Part shown: positions 26,387-34,552 of the stretch, piece after piece | How the letters are laid out: every line of letters begins with the position of its first letter | How positions within the stretch are numbered: the stretch's first letter is position 1 | Source of the DNA: Alphaproteobacteria bacterium | GTDB lineage: Bacteria > Pseudomonadota > Alphaproteobacteria > Rs-D84 | Length of the DNA: 64,000 nucleotides | Assembly (NCBI GenBank): GCA_017546265.1 | Contig: JAFYXG010000011.1 | Location: forward strand, 221 to 64,220 | Reading direction: 5' to 3' | Translations under genes and position numbers: made by a program | The notes under the pieces: model-generated | What the model saw: the letters and a program-made list of their open reading frames with translations, nothing else | The model's database searches: none | What the model was told of the DNA's origin: nothing

Positions 26387-27651
26387 TTCTTTTTAATCCA
26401 TCCTGCGGCGGAGCCAATGGCACTGCCTGTTTTTTTAATACTTCCCCAGATTGTACCGGCATCGGCCTTAACACTTTTATACAGTCCGTCCATACCGCCA
26501 CCAATGTATTTGTTCAACTGTTGCTGGGTTTTATCGTATATTTTGAACATTAAATAGAAAGTCAATATTGCGGACATCCATGTGACAGAATGTTGTCCAA
26601 ATCCCGAGGCAGAATTTGCGATTGTTGGAATATTGCTGGCGGCACTCCCCCCTGCGGCAACAACGAACACTGACGAATTCCAGTTAAACAATGCACGTAT
26701 CACGGCCAGATTTATACACAGCATAAATGCACACGCAATCATTGTCACGACCAGTTGTTGCAGTGCCTTGGTAATGCCACTGAATGCGGGCCAAACATCA
26801 AACCATTTATCGCTGGATTTCACAACGTATGTCATTACATGGAATGGATACAGTATCAACTGCATGCCAAAGTTAAATATTCCCTGAATAATCAGCAGTG
26901 CCATAAACAAATTGCTGGCCACAAATGTAAAGATAAGCAGTATTCCCGTAATAATATTTAAAAAGTTTTCACCCCCATGCGGAATCAACGTCATCAGTCC
27001 CTTTAGTCCCTGTGTCAGTTGTGCGAAACCGTACTTTACAATTTGGTTGTTTGCGTTTGATAAATCGGACACCGGCTGGACCAGGAATTCGCACGATTCC
27101 TGTGAAATCCAATCGTGTTGCAAAATGTCAGCGGGGCATTCGACTTGTTTTATATTCTGTGGGTCTTGTATGATTTGTTCGGTGATAATTCCAGTATAAA
27201 TTGACCCCAGTTCCAGAAACGGATTTACCAACCACTGTGTTAAAAATACAGGCTTCATCTGTAATAAAAATACTGCGGCGATAATTGCACGTGTTCCAGA
27301 CTTTAATGTGTTTTCTATGATTTGATAACCTGTAATTTTACCTTCTGCAATTTCGCCGCCTCCTGATATTCCCAAAAAAGACAACCATGTTTTTGGAAAA
27401 TACATTTTAACCAGTGTGATGGTAATAGTGATACCCAAAAATATCCAAACAAAAGCATAGATAAAACCATCGCCATTTCCGACAAAAAAATCATACATAC
27501 TTGTAGCGACCAGCATCATCGCGTCCAGTACCATTGGTACAAACGGTGCCAGGTTTAACGAATCTATGATATTACCTGCGTACGCGGCACCTGGCATGAC
27601 AAACATCACACCCAAAAAAAGCCCGAAAATCAGTTTTTTCAGCAGGTACAT
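26383..27651 (-). CDS. polytopic membrane protein, VirB6/TrbL-like paralog (1st in operon, 422 aa; tentative)
   Basis: Signal peptide MYLLKKLIFGLFLGVMFVMPGAAYA and the same architecture as the others. Tail GTIWGSIKK...WIKKK. Confidence 0.7.
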   Translation of the reverse strand: MYLLKKLIFGLFLGVMFVMPGAAYAGNIIDSLNLAPFVPMVLDAMMLVATSMYDFFVGNGDGFIYAFVWIFLGITITITLVKMYFPKTWLSFLGISGGGEIAEGKITGYQIIENTLKSGTRAIIAAVFLLQMKPVFLTQWLVNPFLELGSIYTGIITEQIIQDPQNIKQVECPADILQHDWISQESCEFLVQPVSDLSNANNQIVKYGFAQLTQGLKGLMTLIPHGGENFLNIITGILLIFTFVASNLFMALLIIQGIFNFGMQLILYPFHVMTYVVKSSDKWFDVWPAFSGITKALQQLVVTMIACAFMLCINLAVIRALFNWNSSVFVVAAGGSAASNIPTIANSASGFGQHSVTWMSAILTFYLMFKIYDKTQQQLNKYIGGGMDGLYKSVKADAGTIWGSIKKTGSAIGSAAGWIKKK

Positions 27652-27680
27652 TCTCTGTATATTTATTTTATGTTTTCAAT

Positions 27681-27710
27681 TATATCACATTTTGTGCAAA
27701 ATATGATATA
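27681..27710. promoter_or_regulatory. 30-bp quasi-palindrome made of two overlapping divergent extended -10 promoters
   Basis: TATATCACATTTTG-TG-CAAAATATGATATA, with one mismatch between the arms. The top strand carries TGATATACT (27704-27712). The bottom strand carries TGATATAAT (reverse complement of 27680-27688). Confidence 0.5.
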
Positions 27711-27720
27711 CTTAAAAGCA

Positions 27721-29010
27721 ATGAACAGATTAAAAAAATTTTGGATAGTCTTTTTATCGTTCTTACCCTGGGCGGCAGGTGCGGGTGTTCCATTACTGAT
27801 TGGTGGTGTTGCGGGTATTGGTGCATTGGCAGGTTTTTCAATATACCGCACGGCTGTGCCTGTATCGCCAACGGATGCGTATCAGTTTTTTTCCAGTTGT
27901 TGGACCTGTCAAATGTTTTCAGACATTATGGCGACCATGTCTGGGATATTGCCTCGAATTTATCATGCACTGGGGGAAACGATTGTTCCATTTACAATTA
28001 TGCTGACCGCCATATGGTGGACATGGAAAATAGTTGGCGGTCTGTTTAATGGCAAAGTAGATGCCCCCTGGACATTGGCCAGTACATTTGTAAATCACCT
28101 CAGTCGTTTGGCGATTGTTTGTGTTTTTTTATTGGCACCATTACCTCGTTTAATATCAGATATTGCGATTTCTCCTATTTTTAACATAGGTTTATCGTTG
28201 AACCGTGCGGTTGTTCATGATGATGGTTTTGATACGTGTGTTATATCAACGGCACTGGCCGACCCGACATCGGTCGATTCGGTTGCGGCGGATTCTGGTG
28301 CGTTTTCACCTACGTTGCGTCATAACCTGGCATGTGAATTGTCTGGTGTGCACCAGATGACGGGTATGGGCATGACGGTTGGGTGGACTATGTTGAACAT
28401 GGCATTTAATGCAGACTATATGCACAAAATATTATGGGATGTTCCGATTTTTCCGAACGTTATTTTATTTTTTGCTGGGTTGCTGGTTTTAGTTTTGTTT
28501 TTTTCGGCATTATTACCAATACCTATATATTTTCTGGAAATATTTATAACATTGGCACTGGATATGGTGATGTTGCCATTTATGTTGTTGGCCTGGTTGT
28601 TCAAAGACTGGAAAATATCTTTGTCTGGGGCTGGCAAAACGATTCGAAGTATTGTGGACGATGTGATAAATGGGACATTGGGTTTGGCGATGACTGGGAT
28701 ATTTGTATCGTTTGCGATAATGTTTCTGGATGCAGTGTTCGGTGATTGGAATGGTGTATCTGCCTTATCGGTTGCATTGACGCAAAACGATTCGAAATTT
28801 TTGATGGATGCCTTGATGATGCGTAATGACGGGCTGATAATGATAATATTTATGGGTATCTTTTTGACTATGTTCATGATAATGATACCTGCACTGGCCA
28901 AGACTTTATTCAACGTTCAGATTTCAACAGACTTCTATGACACCACGAAAAAGAACATAGATATTGTATGGCAAAACCTGAAAAAGTGGTACTCAGCGAT
29001 AAAAAAATAA
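27721..29010 (+). CDS. polytopic membrane protein, VirB6/TrbL-like paralog (divergent, 429 aa; tentative)
   Basis: ORF 27670-29010 trimmed to ATG 27721 (MNRLKKFWIVFLSF). Block SSCWTCQMFSDIMATMSG, a TM cluster and the tail DIVWQNLKKWYSAIKK. Confidence 0.7.
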   Translation: MNRLKKFWIVFLSFLPWAAGAGVPLLIGGVAGIGALAGFSIYRTAVPVSPTDAYQFFSSCWTCQMFSDIMATMSGILPRIYHALGETIVPFTIMLTAIWWTWKIVGGLFNGKVDAPWTLASTFVNHLSRLAIVCVFLLAPLPRLISDIAISPIFNIGLSLNRAVVHDDGFDTCVISTALADPTSVDSVAADSGAFSPTLRHNLACELSGVHQMTGMGMTVGWTMLNMAFNADYMHKILWDVPIFPNVILFFAGLLVLVLFFSALLPIPIYFLEIFITLALDMVMLPFMLLAWLFKDWKISLSGAGKTIRSIVDDVINGTLGLAMTGIFVSFAIMFLDAVFGDWNGVSALSVALTQNDSKFLMDALMMRNDGLIMIIFMGIFLTMFMIMIPALAKTLFNVQISTDFYDTTKKNIDIVWQNLKKWYSAIKK

Positions 29011-29078
29011 AAAATCAAGTGGTTTATTTTACCTGACCCCCTTTTTTATACATACCGAATCTGATATAATTCATACCA

Positions 29079-29588
29079 ATGACAAAGTTTCCGATTCTTT
29101 ATTGGCCACGCAGAACGACTGGAGATAATGAATACCAGTTGGCTCGCAAAGTAATAAACAAACAGACCGGTGTAATGCCCGATGTTTTAATTGAAGACAT
29201 CAACATTGCGGACGTTTTAACTGAAAATCCGAATGCGGTGATATATTATCCTGTATTTTGTGGATCTACTGGTTGGTGGGGTGAATTATTGGGGGGCAAC
29301 GCGGTTGTCAGTGACAAAGTGATAATATCCCCAGAATGTCAGTTAATGGTGATTGAATCGAACAAGACGGCATGTTCCAGTGGTACGACTCAGTTGTTGG
29401 CGGCAGAAATCTATCCTGCCAGTGGTTTTTTCAAAAAGATGAATTCTGGTATTGCGACTGTTTCTGACATGTTGGCGACCGATGCGGGTACGATATTGGC
29501 ACTGTTTTCTGGTCGGAACCAGACTCAGTTTATAAATATCTTGGAATCGACTGGGAATTCATATCTTGGTTGTATTGGTCGGTACTAG
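29079..29588 (+). CDS. hypothetical protein (169 aa, no signal peptide)
   Basis: ORF. Extended -10 TGATATAAT (29062-29070) ends 8 nt before the ATG, so the mRNA is probably leaderless. Confidence 0.5.
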   Translation: MTKFPILYWPRRTTGDNEYQLARKVINKQTGVMPDVLIEDINIADVLTENPNAVIYYPVFCGSTGWWGELLGGNAVVSDKVIISPECQLMVIESNKTACSSGTTQLLAAEIYPASGFFKKMNSGIATVSDMLATDAGTILALFSGRNQTQFINILESTGNSYLGCIGRY

Positions 29589-29602
29589 ACTGCGAATATT
29601 TC

Positions 29603-29630
29603 TTGCTTTCTGTAAAAATCTTTGTATAAT
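29603..29630 (+). promoter_or_regulatory. sigma70-like promoter for rpmE
   Basis: TTGCTT (29603-29608), 16-nt spacer, TATAAT (29625-29630). Confidence 0.5.
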
Positions 29631-29664
29631 TTACAGGCTAAAATTCTAAACAAAGGTAAAAAAC

Positions 29665-29877
29665 ATGAAAAAAGGCATTCATCCAGAATATCACGAAATC
29701 AACGTGACACGCACAGATGGCAAGACTGTAAAGATGTATTCATCTGTAAAAAAAGATTTGATTTTGTCGACCGACAACTTGAACCATTCTGCCTGGACGG
29801 GTCAGCGTTCTAATGCCGGCGAAAAGGGGCAGCGTGCCAGCCAGTTCAAATCAAAATTTGCTGGGTTTAACTTTTAA
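29665..29877 (+). CDS. rpmE: 50S ribosomal protein L31 (Cys-less type)
   Basis: MKKGIHPEYHEI...NHSAWTGQ...SQFKSKFAGF. No CxxC zinc motif. Confidence 0.9.
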   Translation: MKKGIHPEYHEINVTRTDGKTVKMYSSVKKDLILSTDNLNHSAWTGQRSNAGEKGQRASQFKSKFAGFNF

Positions 29878-29928
29878 GTCCAAGGTTAACCAAAACACAA
29901 ACACTATACGTCTGACGGGGGCAGCGAC

Positions 29929-30633
29929 ATGGAACATGTAATCAAAGGTTCAACAGAATTAAACAAAATGTTTATGGCGTTGCAGCGTACGGCGGCTGGT
30001 CTTCGCCGTGACTTTGGCGAGGTTGAAAATCTTCAGCAATCATTACGCAGTGCTCGTGATTTTGTGACCAAGGCGGCCAATCGTATAGAAGAAAGTATTG
30101 TTTCCGATTTGATGTTGGTTCGTCCAGCGGCGGGGTTGTTGACGCCAAATATAGCGCGTGCTGGCGATGGTCGGGACGAGTTTGTATTATCATTGTCAGG
30201 TGCATCGAACTTTGTTCGTGGCAACCCGCATTTTGCGATATCATTGGCATTACGTTCAAACGATGAAACGCGTATTGCACTGATATACTCTCCGATTGAT
30301 GACCGTCTGTATTATGCCGAGGCTGAGCATGGTGCGTTTATGTTTTCGGCCCACCATTCTGCCCGGTTGCGTGTATCGAACCTGTCTGATGTATCAGAGA
30401 TAACAGTTGGTTATAATGTTTCCGATGATCGTCCAATGATTGGTGATGTGCGTTGTACGGGGTGTCCTGCATTGGATATGGCATGGGTTGCGGCGGGTAA
30501 ATTAGATGCCTATGTATCAGACCTGCTGGACTATGCAGAAATTGCGGCTGGCGATTTGATAGTACGCGAATCTGGTGGTCAGATTGAGATGCTGTCAGAT
30601 TTGATAGTGACAAATGGTCGTGTTCAAATTTAA
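29929..30633 (+). CDS. inositol monophosphatase (SuhB/IMPase) family protein with degenerate catalytic motifs
   Basis: Family-like blocks FAISLALR, LDMAWVAAGKLDAYV and IAAGDLIVRESGG. The DPxDGT motif is replaced by SLSGAS. Confidence 0.7.
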   Translation: MEHVIKGSTELNKMFMALQRTAAGLRRDFGEVENLQQSLRSARDFVTKAANRIEESIVSDLMLVRPAAGLLTPNIARAGDGRDEFVLSLSGASNFVRGNPHFAISLALRSNDETRIALIYSPIDDRLYYAEAEHGAFMFSAHHSARLRVSNLSDVSEITVGYNVSDDRPMIGDVRCTGCPALDMAWVAAGKLDAYVSDLLDYAEIAAGDLIVRESGGQIEMLSDLIVTNGRVQI

Positions 30634-30634
30634 T

Positions 30635-30662
30635 AAAATCCCCGTTTGGGGATTTTTTTTGG
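30635..30662 (+). terminator. Rho-independent terminator
   Basis: AAAATCCCC-GTTT-GGGGATTTT hairpin followed by a T run. Confidence 0.7.
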
Positions 30663-30734
30663 TCTGTATTCCGTATTTTCCACTTGCGTGCGATTCGTGA
30701 TTTGTTCTATGATTACATCAGGAAGGAAAGGAAA

Positions 30735-32111
30735 ATGCGTCATTTATCATTAAGTATATTGGCTGTACTGCTGATAATTCCTGGTGTTGCGAGTGCTCGC
30801 ATGCCTGTGGTGAACATTTCATCTGGCAGTGTGTCTGCACGTTCTGCGTTTGGCGAAGGTGAAACGTTGTCTCAGAAACGCGATGTTGCAACTGTTCCGG
30901 TCCAGAAATCGGCCCCGACACGTACTCGTTCGGTTGTTGCTCGTTCTGTGTCAAAACAGGTGTCTGCACCTGCGGGGCGTTCTGTTGATATTGGTGAAAC
31001 ATTGGCTGCGACTGATGTGTTGGTTCCGCATCGTCCCAGTGGTGATTTGTGGGCGAAAAGTGATAACATCTTGCGTATGCCAATGGCCAGCGAGTTTTCT
31101 GTTATTCGTTCCGATAGTATTTTACCCGAAGAAAGTTTGGATAATGCATTTTCGGCTGTGTCTACCCCTGTGGCGGAAACGGTTCGTGTTGCGTCCAGTG
31201 TGCCACAAAAAACCGATGTTTCCGATACGGTTTCGGATTTAGATAATCAGATTGCACGTTTGGTTGAAATGCAAAAACGTATTGCGGATAGTGAACGCAA
31301 TGTTTCATCGCGTGTAATTGCTGCACCAATTGCCACGATGGATACTGCCCCTGTGGCGGAGCCTGTTCGCGTTGCATCAAATCGTGTTGCGGAACGGCCA
31401 GCAGCCCCGGTGGTTGAGCATAATAATGAACCAGATGTGCCAGTTGTTGCAAATAATGATTTTTCATTGCGGCGTATGGTTGTGCCTATGTCGGACGATG
31501 TTGTTGTTCGCAGTGTGGAAAAGAATACGTCTCCACGTATTGCGGCGGTGCGGGATGATATGACAAAAATGAGTCCGTCTGAACTTCGCCGTGCGTTTCG
31601 CAAAACCTTTTTGTCTGAAAATAAGCATCTTTCTACATATTCTGTTGATGATCGTTTTGATGTTGCCAGTGATATGTCTGCGTCCATCGAAGGGTTTACA
31701 TCTGCCCGGGATTTGTCCGAGCAGGGTGGTATTCGTCCGTTGGAAATCAAGATAAAGTTCCACAACGAAGATTCTGCACTATCGCGTGAGAATTATAATT
31801 TATTGACCGAATATGCAGGCATAGTGGTCAGCAAACCAACGCGCGCAATTCAGGTGGCGATACCCCAGCATATGACCACCAGCAAAGACGGTCGTAAATT
31901 GGCGGCTCGCCGTTTGGCGATTGTGGAACAGGCACTGACGGACAATGGTGTATCCCAGCAGCGAATTGTTCCTGTATTGTCTAACCGGGAAGAGCAGGGC
32001 TTTGTTCTGCGTATTATTTCTGGGGATCAGTATGAAACTCTGACCCAACAGCAGCATGATATATTTGGTGATACGATAAATAAAAAGACCTATAAAAGCA
32101 TGTCATGGTAG
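30735..32111 (+). CDS. secreted protein with low-complexity/repeat N-region and OmpA/MotB-like C-terminal domain (tentative)
   Basis: ORF trimmed to ATG 30735 (MRHLSLSILAVLLIIPGVASA). Repeat PVAE.VRVAS occurs twice. C-terminus ...LAARRLAIVEQALTDNGVSQQRI... is OmpA_C-like. Confidence 0.65.
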   Translation: MRHLSLSILAVLLIIPGVASARMPVVNISSGSVSARSAFGEGETLSQKRDVATVPVQKSAPTRTRSVVARSVSKQVSAPAGRSVDIGETLAATDVLVPHRPSGDLWAKSDNILRMPMASEFSVIRSDSILPEESLDNAFSAVSTPVAETVRVASSVPQKTDVSDTVSDLDNQIARLVEMQKRIADSERNVSSRVIAAPIATMDTAPVAEPVRVASNRVAERPAAPVVEHNNEPDVPVVANNDFSLRRMVVPMSDDVVVRSVEKNTSPRIAAVRDDMTKMSPSELRRAFRKTFLSENKHLSTYSVDDRFDVASDMSASIEGFTSARDLSEQGGIRPLEIKIKFHNEDSALSRENYNLLTEYAGIVVSKPTRAIQVAIPQHMTTSKDGRKLAARRLAIVEQALTDNGVSQQRIVPVLSNREEQGFVLRIISGDQYETLTQQQHDIFGDTINKKTYKSMSW

Positions 32112-32827
32112 GTTTGATAAACAAAATCATCGAATTTCTATTTCCGCCGGCGTGTCCATTGTGTGATACGCCGGTATCTACACATGGTCAATTATGTGGC
32201 ACGTGCTGGGCGGCGATAAACTGGATAGATAATCCAAAGTGTACTCGTTGTGGTTATCCGTTTCCGGCGGATTTGGATTTAGGTGTTGCACCTATGTGTC
32301 CGGTATGTGCGGCTGGTAAGTGTGAATTGGACTGGATGCGATCTGCATGTGTATATGATGAAGCGTCACGTTCTGCGATGTTGCCGTTCAAGCATGGTGG
32401 TCGTATTCGCTATGCACGTTTTATGTCGCATGCCATGATATGGGCATTGCGTGATATAGATGTTGATGCAGATATTGTTATGCCGGTTCCATTGGCGAAT
32501 CGGCGATTGTTTCATCGCGGTTATAACCAGGCCGCATTGCTGGCACGTCCGATTGCACACGCATTAAATATTACAATGGATGTTGATTCTGTTCGGCGTA
32601 AATATCGTCCGGATATGGGGCATAAAAATTCCCATGAACGTGCTGCTAATGTTCGTGGAGTTTTCAGTGTTGTAAATCCGGACAAAATTCGTGGCCGCAA
32701 GATTTTGTTGGTTGACGATGTTATGACAACTGGTGCGACATTTTATGAATTGCGGCGTACGTTATTGTCTGCGGGTGCGTTGGCGGTATATGGAGTGTCG
32801 TTTTGTCGAGTAGTTCGTGCAATCTAG
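32105..32827 (+). CDS. comF: ComF-family phosphoribosyltransferase-domain protein
   Basis: N-terminal Cys clusters CPLC...CGTCW...CTRC...CPVC and PRT motif ILLVDDVMTTGAT. Confidence 0.85.
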   Translation: MVGLINKIIEFLFPPACPLCDTPVSTHGQLCGTCWAAINWIDNPKCTRCGYPFPADLDLGVAPMCPVCAAGKCELDWMRSACVYDEASRSAMLPFKHGGRIRYARFMSHAMIWALRDIDVDADIVMPVPLANRRLFHRGYNQAALLARPIAHALNITMDVDSVRRKYRPDMGHKNSHERAANVRGVFSVVNPDKIRGRKILLVDDVMTTGATFYELRRTLLSAGALAVYGVSFCRVVRAI

Positions 32828-33204
32828 GCCATATATCTTTTTTGTTTCATGCCACCCAGTAAATTTTGTAGTTTGATTTGTTGTTCTTGCCAAATCAGTT
32901 TGTCAGAGCACATTTTGAACAGGTCCAAAATAGATTGTTCTTCGGGCAGATAGATTGTACGTTTGTTTGGGATTACGACCTTGGACACGGGTACTTCGTT
33001 CAGTTCGATGCTGTATTCGCATGCGGGCATGTTTCTGTTGTTTGCGGTCTGGGTACATGTGCATGTCATCAGGATACCTTCGTGTGTTATTATGCTGTAT
33101 TCTTTTGCGATTCCGTCCGGGTCGCAGAACACAGACACAGCACCTGTTGTGATAATTTTTTTCAATAATGTTTGCAGTTCTTTATCTGATGATATGATAT
33201 TCAT
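32824..33204 (-). CDS. hypothetical protein (126 aa)
   Basis: ORF 32824-33435 trimmed to ATG 33204 (MNIISSDKELQ), because the longer form would overlap the divergent DUF2147 gene start. Confidence 0.4.
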   Translation of the reverse strand: MNIISSDKELQTLLKKIITTGAVSVFCDPDGIAKEYSIITHEGILMTCTCTQTANNRNMPACEYSIELNEVPVSKVVIPNKRTIYLPEEQSILDLFKMCSDKLIWQEQQIKLQNLLGGMKQKRYMA

Positions 33205-33365
33205 GTTTTTTTTCTTTGATTGTAGATTTGTTTTAATAATGTATAGCACAAACGGTTGCTTTGTCAAGACTTGAATAAAACAGTTGCGGCCAGTCGGGAT
33301 TTTTTTTAACATTTTTTTGTCCGAATATATGTTGTGAAAAAAAATTATAAAATGGAGAAAATAAA

Positions 33366-33890
33366 GTGAAGTTAAAATTATTATCAGTTTTATCGGTACT
33401 GATGGTGCCGATGGTATCAAATGCGGCAATGCCATTTATTGGCTTTTACCAAACCATAGATGATGCGACAAAATCGCCAAAGTCAATCGTTGCGTTGTAT
33501 GAGTATACTGACGAAGACGAAGCCAAGTTGGCGGGTCGTATTGTTGCGTTGTATAACGCAGACGGCAGTATATCTGAAACATTGTCCAACCCAACGCGTG
33601 TTGCAGACCAGGTTTCAGGTTCACCAAAAATGGTGGGGTTGGATATTTTGTGGAATATGGAATGGGATGCGGATGATTCTGAATACGGTGATGGCAAAAT
33701 CATGGACCCCAAATCGGGCAAGGTTTATTCCAGCATCATGTGGCAGGATACGCCATCTGTTTTGAATGTTCGCGGCAAGATTGGGCCATTTGGTCGTACC
33801 CAGAATTGGAATGTTTTGGATGTGTCTGCACTGCCGTCCGATTTACAGGGGTTGGATACATCTGCATGGCGGCCTGTTATCATCCGCTAA
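33366..33890 (+). CDS. DUF2147-family periplasmic protein
   Basis: GTG start after GGAGAAAATAAA, with a signal peptide. Blocks GFYQTIDD...KS.V, GKIMDPKSGKVYS, L.VRG..GPFGRTQNW. Confidence 0.75.
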   Translation: MKLKLLSVLSVLMVPMVSNAAMPFIGFYQTIDDATKSPKSIVALYEYTDEDEAKLAGRIVALYNADGSISETLSNPTRVADQVSGSPKMVGLDILWNMEWDADDSEYGDGKIMDPKSGKVYSSIMWQDTPSVLNVRGKIGPFGRTQNWNVLDVSALPSDLQGLDTSAWRPVIIR

Positions 33891-33891
33891 A

Positions 33892-33916
33892 AAAAACGCC
33901 CGCATGGGCGTTTTTT
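33892..33916. terminator. bidirectional terminator
   Basis: ACGCCC-GCAT-GGGCGT hairpin flanked by A and T runs, between convergent genes. Confidence 0.65.
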
Positions 33917-34409
33917 ATTTTGTCTTAAATTTTGATTCTTTTAAAATGTCTTTGACCTGTCTTAATTGGGTCAAGTGTAATTGCTCGGATTTTTTTATAC
34001 AGATATCCAATATCGTATCCAATGTCTTTTGTGTATCGGATACGCTTGAATTTTTTTGCATTCCTGGGGACCGATAGTTGTGTCTGAATTTATCAAAATT
34101 ATACACCTGAACATCGTTTATATAAATTGACAGGTTGTATCTTTGCGGTGTGTGTTTAATCTGTAACAGTGGAATAAGGTCGTACTGAACAATTTTTGTC
34201 GCCGTTGCCTGTTTCTTGGTTGTGTTGATATCTTCGTTAACAGTATTCTTTTTTCTGGTTTTCTTTGGTTTAACCATCTGCATCATACATACAGAATATG
34301 TATCCGTTGTGTTTGCGGTATCGGCATCGATATTGCCGGCATTTTCAACAGAATGAAAAATACTATTTTCTTTCAGAATGGTTGTAACTTCTTTTAAGAA
34401 TTTCTGCAT
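33915..34409 (-). CDS. hypothetical protein (164 aa, Lys/Thr-rich)
   Basis: ORF with AGAGG RBS. No family recognised. Confidence 0.5.
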   Translation of the reverse strand: MQKFLKEVTTILKENSIFHSVENAGNIDADTANTTDTYSVCMMQMVKPKKTRKKNTVNEDINTTKKQATATKIVQYDLIPLLQIKHTPQRYNLSIYINDVQVYNFDKFRHNYRSPGMQKNSSVSDTQKTLDTILDICIKKSEQLHLTQLRQVKDILKESKFKTK

Positions 34410-34552
34410 TACTAACCTCTTGGCTTTTTCTTATAGTATCACAAATGGTGTTCTTGTCAATAAATTGGTTGAAAATGTAGTCTTTTTCTTGAAATTTGAA
34501 TTTAATCTGATACGATTTTACACAGACTATTTTTATAAACAGGACAAGAAAA

